64,000 bases of DNA from Selaginella moellendorffii (Eukaryota > Plantae > Lycopodiophyta), in assembly GCF_000143415.4 (NCBI RefSeq), contig NW_003314276.1:1786107-1850106 (forward strand), written 5' to 3'. Below the pieces are notes generated by a model, which was given only the letters and a program-made list of their open reading frames with translations, was not told the origin of the DNA and made no database searches. Position numbers and translations under genes: made by a program. Positions within the stretch are counted from its first letter, which is position 1; each line of letters begins with the position of its first letter. Positions 23,135-35,289 of the stretch are shown here, piece after piece.

Positions 23135-24889
23135 TCATCAATCGATCCTAGTAACATGTTATGCCGCAGTTTGTGAGATACCAAGAGAGACCAAGAGAAG
23201 GGTTAAGCGGCTGGGGACGAGGCGATGATGTGATATCACTACCAAGGCTACAAACCTGGTTGGAATCTTATTAATAAGATACTTATTGTTATATCTTTTA
23301 AATATGACCGTCATAAGTTTAGCTCAAAGTTTGTACTGTGGAAAATGAGAATAGTCGAACTATGATTTTCAAGTGGTGAGGTTCACCTCAAGTTCTGGGT
23401 GTTGTAGGAAAGAAATATCTGAGCTGTTTTTTATCAACTGTGGAAACACAGATCCCTAGCATGAGAGAACTGTTAGAGGAGGTATCCAGTGAGTTGGAGT
23501 GGCCAAGAAAGATTTCTGGTAACTTGTGCTGGCTAGCTCCACAAAGCTTAGAAAGCTGTACGTTAAATGAAAATCCTTTTGTCAGCAGGTGGGAGAATCT
23601 TTGCATGATTTTGCAAATGGTGGTGGCAACAACCACAACAAAGAGCTAAGAGAACATAGAGGAAGATTAGAGGCTGATTCTAACACAGCCAAGAAGCTAG
23701 GAGAGAGAGAATTGTTGGCAGGCAACACGCAACATCTTCTTGGTGTTACAAGCTGGTGGCTTCGCCCTGGAGCAGCTGGGGACAAGCCGGACGAGCTTGA
23801 GAGCAGGCAAGAATTAAAAAGATCCCCAAAAAAAGAGAGGAAGCGTTTATTTTTTACCTTGAAGTCCAAGTTGTTTCTGTGCTGTTTTTCCACTCATTAA
23901 TTCATGGTCTCACTGAAGCATTAGACCAAAGCTAACTTTAGGCGATCGAAAGAATGCTTGCCTGAATTTCTTTCGATGAGGAATCTTTGATGTGTATCGA
24001 CCAGAATTTTGCAAGATGGATACTTAGAATATTCTTTAATTTAACTGGTGATAAAGTACAAACTATCAAGTGTTCATGTTTTACTTGAATATTCTAATAT
24101 ATTCTATCATTTTTTAGATTAGTCTTAAATTATATACATTACACCAAATTTAGTGCCTTTGTTTGGAGCTTGACAGCCTTTTATACCGGAGCATATATAT
24201 ATCCAAAGAGGGATGTAACAATATGGGGCTGGAATCTTGTCACTGAGCAAATAACAACATAACCCAAAGAGATTAACAGGCTTGAAAACTTAGTAATGGC
24301 AACTGACATAGTAATCTAAGTGGCTCTTTCTTGATACAAGCCAACTTCTCTTTCACAACAAATACCACAACATCCTGCCTGATAATAGATATTTCGTGGC
24401 CCAGCACCATCCAGGTGTAATCCCTGCTGTAAGTCCCTTGGTTCGAGATTCCTGCACAAACAAAGTCTGAAGCTCGTCCATACTCTCAACCACTAATTGA
24501 CACAGACTTCAACAAATATTTTGTATCTGGATGAAACCTGTCAGGGATGAAACTTCCCTTCATTTCATGGTTTATAACTAATGCTCTATCGGCTAGAGTT
24601 TGCCAGTTCTGCGAGCGTGAAACTGTTATGGAAGGATCTTCAGAAAGTTTTCTCCTTTAGCAGGGACAAAAATTGTCACGAACATCGGAATTTAAGAGAA
24701 TAAAGACAGGAAAATGATGAGCAACAGCAAAAGTTCCACGCTGCCAATTCTTCGCTTGTCAAATCGCAGCAGAACTATCTTAGTTCTGCTCAGAAAGAAA
24801 AAAAAAATGCTACAATGCACATCAACCAAAGTAAAATTCGCATCTAAATATTCTCCTAGCAAAACCATATGCCCATTCTGGGTCAGACC

Positions 24890-26120
24890 ATATCCCTACA
24901 TAGTCGTGCTCCAAGAGATTAAGCTCCTTTCTGGCATTAGTTCGTTGCTTTATCCAAATGCCTGTTAGTGGCATAACTGCTTGTCGGAGGAATCCATACC
25001 GAGAGAAGGGCAGTGGTCATGCTCGTCCCACTCGGGCATTCAATCAACCAGCTGCTTTGCGACATTCCACGAAAATCAATTCCTCAACCTAGAGCCGTAA
25101 AAGACTTGCCATGCCACCTATGGGCATCCACACCTCATATACATTGCACCACCAAATTGGACGCCAACCAATCTCCCGCCGCCGAGGAGGTGTATGATCT
25201 CATTGTGGCTGGATGTGGGTAAATTTGAGACGGTCCTTTATTCCATCCAGCAAAACCTCGCTTGCGAACCACCAAAAATTACATTATTCTAGGGTGCGTT
25301 AGGAGACATGAATCTAGATTGAATATATCTAGCTTTGTTTTTGGTCCACTCGTGCCCATCTAGGAAGCATGGGCTAGATGGCGACCTTTACATCATAGTC
25401 TTCGTCCCCTCCGCCGACACACAATTATTGGTTTCCAAACTCTGATTGTCCCACATCCCACCACCTCAGCCCCACAATATGATCTTATCTATGCGAGGCG
25501 TGTGGCTCAGAGCGTCCAATCCATAGCTCTGAAATTCGATTGGAGAGACCAATGTATGTCTGCCAATGGCACTGTTCTTAGTGGTTGATTGTGTCTCAAT
25601 GCATGCCACAGCTGGCATTGATATTGGTTATAGCCTTACCAACTTCTCCTTCCCTAGGAGAAGATCATCGACGATCACAGCCACGGCTACCAATTCCTCT
25701 CGCAAGTATATCAATAGCCTTGGATTCTCAATCCCCATTCCGATCGAACTTGGCTCATTTTGATAGAATCATGCTCCTGGAGATTAAGCTCCTTTCTGGC
25801 ATTAGCTCGTTGCTTTATCCAAATGCCTGTTACTGGCATAATCTTCTGCTTGTCGGAAGAATCCATACCGAGAGAATGCAGTGATCATGATCCTCCCACT
25901 CGGGCATTCGATTAACCAGCTGCTTGGCCTGGTCAAGAGATGCCAAGGCGAAGAGCATGACATTCCACGAGAATCACTTCCTAGATCTAGAGCCGCGAAA
26001 GACTTGCCATGCCACCTATGGGCATCCACACCTCATCCACACCACATTGCTCCACCGGACGCCAAACAATCTCCGGCCCCTTGCCTGGATGTGGATAAAT
26101 TTGATACAGTTCTTTATTCC
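24890..26120 (-). pseudogene. Two heavily deleted PPR 5' remnants flanking a CCD promoter/transit-peptide fragment (25480-25745, plus strand)
   Basis: Blocks such as gagattaagctcctttctggca and gggcatccacacctc match the PPR 54556-56499. MHATAGIDIGYSLTNFSFP matches the CCD N-terminus. Confidence 0.7.
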
Positions 26121-26474
26121 AATTCTAAAACAGATGATATTTCGCGCGGGGAGTACGTTCTTATCTATTCGAGGGGATGAAAACTACGGACGGAGACTTC
26201 GAGTGCATTAATAAGTAAAGATACGGTCCCATGCTTCCTAGACGGGCACGAGTGGACAAAAGACAGAGCTTCTCATGTCTCCTAACGCACACACAGTTAT
26301 TGGTCTCAAGCGCATTGTTTCCAACCTTTGATTGTTAGAATCCTCACAGGTCAGCCCTAAAATATTGATCTTATCTATGCCTGTGGCTCAAGATCATCCA
26401 ATCCATAGCTCTGAAATTTGATTGGAGGGATCAATGTATTTAGGTATGCCAATGGCACAGTTAATTTGGTCGCA

Positions 26475-28226
26475 ATGCACACAGATATTGGTTATAGCCT
26501 TACCAACTTCTCCTTCCCAGCTCCACCCAGGAGAAGATCATCAGGGATCACAGCCACGGCTACCAGTTCCTCTCGCAAGTATATCAATACCCTTGGATTC
26601 TCAATCCCCAACCCAATCGAAGAGGCGCGGGCGGTGGCGGTAGCCCTGTGCGACACGGTGGAGAATTTCATCTCCACGTACATTGATCTTCGCGAGTTTC
26701 CTCCCTCGCAAGACCCCCAGATCCAGCTCGCGGATAATTTCGCGCCTGTTGCAGAGTTCCCGCCAACGCCGTGCCGCCGAGTCACTGGCGAGATCCCTCG
26801 CTGCCTCCGCGGCGGTGCTTACATCCGCAATGGCTCCAATCCACTCCATCCCCCTCCCGCCGGCTACAACTACTTCGACGGCCACGGGATGCTCCACTCT
26901 GTCAAGTTCGGCGATGAAGAAGAGCAAGCTCCAATCTACTGCGCGCGATTCACCCAGAACAATCGATTCGTCCAGGAGCAAGCAGCGGGCAAGCCTCTCT
27001 TCCCCTACACACTGGGCACCATGAGCAGCTATGCCGGGCTCGCACGATTCGGGCTGTTCGTGATGCGCACGGCTCTGGGCCTGATCAATATCTTGGGCGG
27101 GATGGGAACCTCCAACGCTGGGATGGCCTACTTCGATCGCCGAATCCTGGCCATGTCCGAGGATGATATGCCATATGCCGTGAGTATCACACCAGCAGGG
27201 GATTTGATCACCATGGGCCGCTACAGCTTCAACAACCGATTGTTCTTGCCGATGTGCGCTCATCCAAAGATCGATCCAATCTCTGGCGAGCTCTTCGCGG
27301 TTAGCTTCAATCCGGTGATCAATCCCCACCTCCGCTACTTCTGGGCGAGCCCGGACGGGAGGAAGAGCCCCGATTTCGACGTGTGGCTGCCGGACCCGTG
27401 CTTGTTTCACGACTTCGCGATAACAGAGAACTACGCAATCCTTCCAGAGAATCAGCTCGTGATGAAGTTCCAGGATGTAGTGCTCAAGAACAAACTTGTC
27501 ATTGATGGAGATACCGCCAAGGTTCCCAGATTCGGGGTGATCCCTCGCATCCCGACCGTGGGATATTCCGGCGTTCGCTGGATCGACGTCCCGGATTGGA
27601 CGTCATTCCACTACATTAACGCCTGGGAGGAAGGGACGGACAAGATCGTCGTGCTCAGCTCGTCCATTACGCCGGTAGAACATTTCTTTGACGATTTCGC
27701 CGGATTGTCCAACAGATTGCACGAGATCCACCTCGACCTTCGATCTGGACGGTCGTGGAAGCAACACGTGTGCTCGGCCGGACTGGATTTTGGACAGATC
27801 AACCAGAAGTTCCTGGGGCGGAAGAATCGGTACGTCTACATGTGCTACTATGGGCCATGGCCCAAAATCTCGGGCCTGGCCAAGGTCGATCTGGACGCTC
27901 CACGGCTGCCCAGGGTGGTCATCGACGGAACGAGTGACCCGGACCTCAACGAGCCGTGCATTGTGGCGTCAAGGAGATTCGAACGAGGTCAGTTTTGTGG
28001 GGAGCCTTTCTTTGTGGCGAATGGCAAGGAGGAAGACGATGGATACGTCTTAAGCTACATCCATGATGAGGAAAGTGGTGTCTCGGAGCTTTTGGTCATG
28101 GATGCCAAATCGCCCACGCTTGAGACAATGGCTTCTATAGAGTTGCCTGCTAGAGTTCCATATGGATTCCATGGGATCTTTATAAATTCCGATCAAATAG
28201 CCAACCAGAACTATGCCACCCTGTAA
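26475..28226 (+). CDS. Carotenoid cleavage dioxygenase, NCED/CCD4 clade (tandem copy 1)
   Basis: Intact ORF with all four His. First in-frame ATG 26475. Confidence 0.93.
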   Translation: MHTDIGYSLTNFSFPAPPRRRSSGITATATSSSRKYINTLGFSIPNPIEEARAVAVALCDTVENFISTYIDLREFPPSQDPQIQLADNFAPVAEFPPTPCRRVTGEIPRCLRGGAYIRNGSNPLHPPPAGYNYFDGHGMLHSVKFGDEEEQAPIYCARFTQNNRFVQEQAAGKPLFPYTLGTMSSYAGLARFGLFVMRTALGLINILGGMGTSNAGMAYFDRRILAMSEDDMPYAVSITPAGDLITMGRYSFNNRLFLPMCAHPKIDPISGELFAVSFNPVINPHLRYFWASPDGRKSPDFDVWLPDPCLFHDFAITENYAILPENQLVMKFQDVVLKNKLVIDGDTAKVPRFGVIPRIPTVGYSGVRWIDVPDWTSFHYINAWEEGTDKIVVLSSSITPVEHFFDDFAGLSNRLHEIHLDLRSGRSWKQHVCSAGLDFGQINQKFLGRKNRYVYMCYYGPWPKISGLAKVDLDAPRLPRVVIDGTSDPDLNEPCIVASRRFERGQFCGEPFFVANGKEEDDGYVLSYIHDEESGVSELLVMDAKSPTLETMASIELPARVPYGFHGIFINSDQIANQNYATL

Positions 28227-28269
28227 GAAAATTTGATATAGTTGTAAAATCTCTTGTAAATATCTAACC

Positions 28270-28990
28270 TATGTAACTATGTGAGAATTCGTAATAAGAA
28301 CATATGGAGCACTGTTACTTGGCTCCACACACGCTGCGATCTGGCATTTTTTCAAAATTCACAGCGTTTTCTCTAACCTTTGGTTGTTTACATTGGCAGT
28401 CCACACATGCCTTCGATTCTTTAACTTTTCCAGATGCCCTTTCCTGGCTATAGAGCAAACCAGGGCAGCATTACATTGCAAGAAAAAGCGTCTGCATTAA
28501 GAAATTTTCTCAGCAATTCTACTGTTGCTCCATGGACTCACTTTCCGCCAAGCCAAGCATACAAGCACTTCTGAGGGAGCCCAAGAAAATTCTCTTTGCC
28601 TTTTGCAAATGCAGACTTTGGCATAGATACAAGACCCCCTTACTTGGCACATTTGATAGAATCGTGCTCCAAGAGATTAAGCTCCTTTCTGGCATTACCT
28701 TATCCAAATGCCTGTTAATCAGGAACGTCGTCTGCTTGTTGGAGGAATCCATACCAAGAGAAGGCAGTGATCATGATCGTCCCACTCGGGCATTCAATCA
28801 ACCAGCTGCTTGGCCTGGTCAAAAGATGTGAAGGTGTAGAGCATGGCATTCCACGAGAATCAATTCCTCAATCTAGAGCTGCGAAAGACTTGCCATGCCA
28901 TCTATGCACCTTATATACACTGCACCACCAAATTGGACGTCAGATAATTTCCTGCCGCAAGAGGTGCTTGATATATTTGTGGCTGGAGCA
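28270..28990 (-). pseudogene. Collapsed PPR remnant convergent with CCD
   Basis: Contains the PPR C-terminus (APYVLIxNSHIVT) and N-terminal blocks, with most repeats deleted. Confidence 0.7.
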
Positions 28991-29717
28991 TCCCGTTAAA
29001 CACCATCTTGTTTAGTCTCTGATGTGAACTATAGCAAAACTTTTTCACTAGTTGTCAAAATAGCTGCATGTCCGGCATCTGGTCAAAGACCTATCAAAGG
29101 TCAAGTGGGTCAAACGGTCAATCAATTATTCTGGAATCTTGACTGTGGTCTTTCTCGTTTTTTGACCCATTCGATTACATTCTTTCTTGTTCTTGGTGGA
29201 GACGTCCAACACTTCAGAAGGGCATGCATCCATTGGAGGATGTAGATGTAAGATCCTCTCTAAAACGCAAAATGGGTTTTTCTCCCAGGTTTTGATCACT
29301 TTGCAGCCACTTTTGATCTCGAGATAGTGGATCAAAATTGAGGGTGCAGCGGGCTTCTCCTTAAGACTAACTGTTAACTTAGCCAAATTTTCCTATCAGA
29401 TGGGAGTGTCTACGTCATTGCCAGCTAGGTGGATGAAGAAATTTGATACAGTTCTCTATTCCATCCAGCAAAACCAAACAAAGATATTTCGCGCAGGGAG
29501 TACTTTCTTATGTGGGACACTCGAGTGCTCAGGATTTACATTGCATTATGTAAAGGTAAGGTCCCATGCTTCCTAGACGGGTACGAAAGGAAAGCTAGAC
29601 ATCTCCAAATGCCGACATTGTTCTCACGCGCATTGCTTCCAATTGGTCGACATCCCAAGTAGCTAGAATCCTCAGAGTAAGCCTTAAAACTTTCTCTATC
29701 GCGCCATCATCCTATCT

Positions 29718-31583
29718 ATGCGAATGGTGTGGCTCAGAGAGTCCAATCCAATTCGATTGGAGGGATCAATGTATTTATATATGCCAATGGCACTGTTTTT
29801 AGTCATTGATTCTGTCTCAATGCATGCCACAGCTGGGATTGATATTGGTTATAGCCTTACCAACTTCTCCTTCCCAGCTCCACCCAAGAGAAGATCATCA
29901 GGGATCACAGCCACCGCCACCAAATCCTCTCGCAAGTATATCAATACCCCTGGATTCTCAATCTCCAATCCAATCGAAGAGGCGCGGGCGGTGGCGGTAG
30001 CCCTGTGCGACACTGTGGAGAATCTCATCGCCACGTACATCGATCCCCGCGAGTTCCCTCCCTCGCAAGACCCCCAGATCCAGCTCGCGGATAATTTCGC
30101 GCCTGTTGCAGAGTTCCCGCCAACGCCGTGCCGCCGAGTCACTGGCGAGATCCCTCGCTGCCTCCGCGGCGGTGCTTACATCCGCAATGGCTCCAATCCA
30201 CTCCATCCCCCTCCCGCCGGCTACAACTACTTCGACGGCCACGGGATGCTCCACTCTGTCAAGTTCGGCGATGAAGAAGAGCAAGCTCCAATCTACTGCG
30301 CGCGATTCACCCAGAACAATCGATTCGTCCAGGAGCAAGCAGCGGGCAAGCCTCTCTTCCCCTACACACTGGGCACCATGAGCAGCTATGCCGGGCTCGC
30401 ACGATTCGGGCTGTTCGTGATGCGCACGGCTCTGGGCCTGATCAATATCTTGGGCGGGATGGGAACCTCCAACGCTGGGATGGCCTACTTCGATCGCCGA
30501 ATCCTGGCCATGTCCGAGGATGATATGCCATATGCCGTGAGTATCACACCAGCAGGGGATTTGATCACCATGGGCCGCTACAGCTTCAACAACCGATTGT
30601 TCTTGCCGATGTGCGCTCATCCAAAGATCGATCCAATCTCTGGCGAGCTCTTCGCGGTTAGCTTCAATCCGGTGATCAATCCCCACCTCCGCTACTTCTG
30701 GGCGAGCCCGGACGGGAGGAAGAGCCCCGATTTCGACGTGTGGCTGCCGGACCCATGCTTGTTTCACGACTTCGCGATAACAGAGAACTACGCAATCCTC
30801 CCAGAGACTCAGCTCGTGATGAAGTTCCAGGATGTAGTGCTCAAGAACAAACTGGTCATTGATGGAGATACCGCCAAGGTTCCTAGATTCGGGGTGATCC
30901 CTCGCATCCCGACCGTGGGATCTTCCGGCATTCGCTGGATCGACGTCCCGGATTGGACGTCATTCCACTACATCAATGCCTGGGAGGAAGGGACGGACAA
31001 GATCGTCGTGCTCAGCTCGTCCATTACGCCGGTGGAACATTTCTTTGACGATTTCGCCGGATTGTCCAACAGATTGCACGAGATCCACCTGGATCTTCGA
31101 TCTGGACGGTCGTGGAAGCAACACGTGTGCTCGGCCGGACTGGATTTTGGACAGATCAACCAGAAGTTCCTGGGGCGGAAGAATCGGTACGTTTACATGT
31201 GCTACTATGGGCCATGGCCCAAAATCTCCGGCCTGGCCAAGGTCGATTTGGACGCTCCACGGCTGCCCAGGGTGGTAATCGATGGAACAAGTGACCCGGA
31301 TCTAAACGAGCCGTGCGTTGTGGGGTCGAGGAGATTCGAACGTGGTAAGTTTTGTGGCGAGCCTTTCTTTGTGGCGAATGGCGAGGAGGAAGACAATGGA
31401 TACGTCTTAAGCTACGTCCACGATGAGAAAAGTGGTGTCTCGGAGCTTTTGATCATGGATGCCAAATCGCCTGCGCTTGACACAGTGGCTTCTATAGAGT
31501 TGCCTGCTAGAGTTCCATATGGATTCCATGGGATCTTTATAAATTCCGATCAAATAGCCAACCAGAACCATGCCACCTTGTAA
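29718..31583 (+). CDS. Carotenoid cleavage dioxygenase, NCED/CCD4 clade (tandem copy 2)
   Basis: Intact 621-aa ORF. The real start may be a downstream ATG such as 29820. Confidence 0.93.
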   Translation: MRMVWLRESNPIRLEGSMYLYMPMALFLVIDSVSMHATAGIDIGYSLTNFSFPAPPKRRSSGITATATKSSRKYINTPGFSISNPIEEARAVAVALCDTVENLIATYIDPREFPPSQDPQIQLADNFAPVAEFPPTPCRRVTGEIPRCLRGGAYIRNGSNPLHPPPAGYNYFDGHGMLHSVKFGDEEEQAPIYCARFTQNNRFVQEQAAGKPLFPYTLGTMSSYAGLARFGLFVMRTALGLINILGGMGTSNAGMAYFDRRILAMSEDDMPYAVSITPAGDLITMGRYSFNNRLFLPMCAHPKIDPISGELFAVSFNPVINPHLRYFWASPDGRKSPDFDVWLPDPCLFHDFAITENYAILPETQLVMKFQDVVLKNKLVIDGDTAKVPRFGVIPRIPTVGSSGIRWIDVPDWTSFHYINAWEEGTDKIVVLSSSITPVEHFFDDFAGLSNRLHEIHLDLRSGRSWKQHVCSAGLDFGQINQKFLGRKNRYVYMCYYGPWPKISGLAKVDLDAPRLPRVVIDGTSDPDLNEPCVVGSRRFERGKFCGEPFFVANGEEEDNGYVLSYVHDEKSGVSELLIMDAKSPALDTVASIELPARVPYGFHGIFINSDQIANQNHATL

Positions 31584-31632
31584 GAAATTTTGATATAGTT
31601 GTAAGTTGATATAATCTCTTGTAATTACTAAT

Positions 31633-32340
31633 CTATGTAACTATGTGAGAATTGGCAATAAGAACATATGGAGCATTGTTACTTGGCTCCACACTATGGT
31701 ATCACGCTGTGATCTGGCATTCTTTCAAAATTCACAGCGTTTTCTCTAACCTTTGGTTGTTTACATGCTGTCCACACACATCTTCGATTCTTTAGCTTTT
31801 CCAGATGCCCTTTCCTGGCATTGGAGCAAACCAGGGCAGCATTACATTGCAAGAAAAAGCGTCTGCGTTAAGAATTTTTTCAGCAATTCTACTGTTGTTG
31901 CTCCATGGACTCACTTTCCACCAAGCCAAGCATACAAGCACTTCTGAGGGAGCCCAAGAAAATTCTCTTTGTCTTTTGCAAATGTAGACTTTGGCATAGA
32001 TACAAGACCCCCCTACTTGGCACATTTGATAGAATCGTGCTCCAAGAGATTAAGCTCCTTTCTGGCATTACTTTATCCAAATGCCTGTTACTGGCATAAT
32101 CAGGAACGTCGTCTGCTTGTTGGAGGAATCCATACCAAGAGAAGGCAGTGATCATGATCGTCCCACTCGGGCATTCAATCAACCAGCTGCTTGCCCTGGT
32201 CAAGAGATGTGAAGGCGAAGAGCATGGCATTCCACGAGAATCAATTCCTCAATCTAGGGCTGCGAAAGACTTGCTATGCCATCTATGGGCATCCACACCT
32301 TATATACACTGCACCACCAAAATTATTTCCCGCCGCAAGG
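31633..32340 (-). pseudogene. Collapsed PPR remnant convergent with CCD
   Basis: Near-duplicate of 28270-28990. Confidence 0.7.
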
Positions 32341-32804
32341 AGTTAAACATCATCTTGTTTTAGTCTCTCTCCACCTAATTGGCGATGTTTACACCTTCCC
32401 ATCTGTCAGTCCGACGTCCGACGACTGTGGTCTTTCTCGTTTTTTGACCGGCACACTCCCATTCGATTACATTCTTTCTTGTTCTTGGTGACGTCCAACA
32501 CTTCAGAAGGTCATGCATCCATTGGACGATGTAGATGTAAGATCCTCTCTAAAACCCAAAATGGGTTTTTCTCCCAGGTCTTGATCACATCGAGATAGTG
32601 GATCAAAATTGAGGGTGCAGCTTCTCCTTAAGGCTAACTGTAAACTTAGCCAAATTTTCCTATCCGATGGGAGTGTCCACGTCATTGCCAGCTAGGTGGA
32701 TGAAGAAATTTGATACAGTTCTCTATTCCATCCAGCAAAACCGAACAAAGATGATATTTCGCGCGGAGAGTACTTTCTTATGTGGGACACTCGAGTGCTC
32801 AGGA

Positions 32805-32958
32805 TTTACATTGCATCATGTAAAGGTAAGGTCCCATGCTTCTTAGACGGGTACAAGAGGAAAGCTAGAAATCTCCAAATGTTTACATTGCATCATGTAA
32901 AGGTAAGGTCCCATGCTTCCTAGACGGGTACGAGAGGAAAGCTAGACATCTCCAAATG
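32805..32958. repeat. 77-bp direct tandem duplication in a CCD promoter
   Basis: tttacattgcatcatgtaaaggtaaggtcccatgcttc...ctccaaatg occurs at 32805 and 32882. It is single-copy in the sister promoter at about 29535. Confidence 0.85.
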
Positions 32959-33067
32959 CCGACACCCAATTATCACGCGCATTGCTTCCAATTGGTCGAC
33001 ATCCCAAGTAGCTGGAATCCTCAGAGTAAGCTTTAAAAACTTTCTCTATGGCGCCATCATCTTATCT

Positions 33068-34933
33068 ATGCGAATGGTGTGGCTCAGAGAGGCCAATCCA
33101 ATTCGATTGGAGGGATCAATGTATTTATATATGCCAATGGCACTGTTTTTAGTCATTGATTCTGTCTCAATGCATGCCACAGCTGGGATTGATATTGGTT
33201 ATAGCCTTACCAACTTCTCCTTCCCAGCTCCACCCAAGAGAAGATCATCAGGGATCACAGCCACCGCCACCAAATCCTCTCGCAAGTATATCAATACCCC
33301 TGGATTCTCAATCCCCAATCCAATCGAAGAGGCGCGGGCGGTGGCGGTAGCCCTGTGCGACACTGTGGAGAATCTCATCGCCACGTACATCGATCCCCGC
33401 GAGTTCCCTCCCTCGCAAGACCCCCAGATCCAGCTCGCGGATAATTTCGCGCCTGTTACAGAGTTCCCGCCAACGCCGTGCCGCCGAGTCACTGGCGAGA
33501 TCCCTCGCTGCCTCCGCGGCGGTGCTTACATCCGCAATGGCTCCAATCCACTCCATCCCCCTCCCGCCGGCTACCACTACTTCGATGGCCATGGGATGCT
33601 CCACTCTGTCAAGTTCGGCGATGAAGAGGATCAAGCTCCAGTCTACTGCGCGCGATTCACCCAGAACAATCGATTCGTCCAGGAGCAAGCAGCGGGCAAG
33701 CCTCTCTTCCCCTACACACTGGGCACCATGAGCAGCTATGCTGGGCTCGCACGATTCGGGCTGTTTGTGATGCGCACGGCTCTGGGCCTGATCAATATCT
33801 TGGGCGGGATGGGAACCTCCAACGCTGGGATGGCCTACTTCGATCGCCGAATTCTGGCCATGTCCGAGGATGATATGCCATATGCCGTGAGTATCACACC
33901 AGCAGGGGATTTGATCACCATGGGCCGCTACAGCTTCAACAACCGATTGTTCTTGCCGATGTGCGCTCATCCAAAGATCGATCCAATCTCTGGCGAGCTC
34001 TTCGCGGTTAGCTTCAATCCGGTGATCAATCCCCACCTCCGCTACTTCTGGGCGAGCCCGGACGGGAGGAAGAGCCCCGATTTCGACGTGTGGCTGCCGG
34101 ACCCGTGCTTGTTTCACGACTTCGCGATAACAGAGAACTACGCAATCCTTCCAGAGAATCAGCTCGTGATGAAGTTCCAGGATGTAGTGCTCAAGAACAA
34201 ACTTGTCATTGATGGAGATACCGCCAAGGTTCCCAGATTCGGGGTGATCCCTCGCATCCCGACCGTGGGATATTCCGGCATTCGCTGGATCGACGTCCCG
34301 GATTGGACATCATTCCACTACATCAACGCCTGGGAGGAAGGGACGGACAAGATCGTCGTGCTCAGCTCGTCCATTACGCCCGTGGAACATCTGTTTGACG
34401 ATATCGCCGGATTGTCTAACAGATTGCACGAGATCCACCTGGACCTTCGATCTGGACGGTCGTGGAAGCAACACGTGTGCTCGGCTGGCTTGGATTTTGG
34501 ACAGATCAACCAGAAATTCCTGGGGCGGAAGAATCGGTACGTCTACATGTGCTACTATGGGCCATGGCCTAAAATCTCGGGCCTGGCCAAAATCGATTTG
34601 GACGCTCCACGGCTGCCCAGGGTGGTCATCGATGGAACAAGTGACCCAGATTTAAATGAGCCGTGCATTGTGGCGTCGAGGAGATTCGAACGAGGTCAGT
34701 TTTGTGGTGAGCCTTTCTTTGTGGCGAATGGCGAGGAGGAAGACGATGGATACGTCTTAAGCTATGTCCACAATGAGGAAAGTGGTGTCTCGGAGCTTTT
34801 GGTCATGGATGCCAAATCGCCCACACTTGAGACAGTGGCTTCTATAGAGTTGCCTGCTAGAGTTCCATATGGATTCCATGGGATCTTTATAAATGCCGAT
34901 CAAATAGCCGATCAGAACCATGCCACCTTGTAA
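33068..34933 (+). CDS. Carotenoid cleavage dioxygenase, NCED/CCD4 clade (tandem copy 3)
   Basis: Intact 621-aa ORF, offset 3350 bp from the previous copy. Confidence 0.93.
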   Translation: MRMVWLREANPIRLEGSMYLYMPMALFLVIDSVSMHATAGIDIGYSLTNFSFPAPPKRRSSGITATATKSSRKYINTPGFSIPNPIEEARAVAVALCDTVENLIATYIDPREFPPSQDPQIQLADNFAPVTEFPPTPCRRVTGEIPRCLRGGAYIRNGSNPLHPPPAGYHYFDGHGMLHSVKFGDEEDQAPVYCARFTQNNRFVQEQAAGKPLFPYTLGTMSSYAGLARFGLFVMRTALGLINILGGMGTSNAGMAYFDRRILAMSEDDMPYAVSITPAGDLITMGRYSFNNRLFLPMCAHPKIDPISGELFAVSFNPVINPHLRYFWASPDGRKSPDFDVWLPDPCLFHDFAITENYAILPENQLVMKFQDVVLKNKLVIDGDTAKVPRFGVIPRIPTVGYSGIRWIDVPDWTSFHYINAWEEGTDKIVVLSSSITPVEHLFDDIAGLSNRLHEIHLDLRSGRSWKQHVCSAGLDFGQINQKFLGRKNRYVYMCYYGPWPKISGLAKIDLDAPRLPRVVIDGTSDPDLNEPCIVASRRFERGQFCGEPFFVANGEEEDDGYVLSYVHNEESGVSELLVMDAKSPTLETVASIELPARVPYGFHGIFINADQIADQNHATL

Positions 34934-35289
34934 GAAAATTTGTAAATTGATATAATCTCTTATGTAACTATGTGAGAATTCGTAATAAGAACATATGGAG
35001 CACTATTACTAGGCTCCACATTACTGGCAATTTTCATTGCATCTCCACTTGCGGCAGCTCCAAGCAAGCACTTCCAATCCACACTACTCCTGTATGATTA
35101 GTTGGGTAGGGTATATCCAAAACACTGAGAATCTTCTGTGGGAGATGCCATATTCGCTTTGAGGGTTTGATGGAGTGATCAAACTGGAAAGACACAAAGA
35201 GATGCCAAGCTATGGCATTAGTGCCTTTGTGGGCACACGAAGTGAGCAAAGCAGTTAAGTTCATCAGGTGTATTGGATTGGATGATCTC

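Noticed and set aside
26601-27410. 269-aa antisense ORF repeated in four CCD copies
   Set aside because: Shadow frame of GC-rich CCD codons. Its conservation simply reflects recent duplication.
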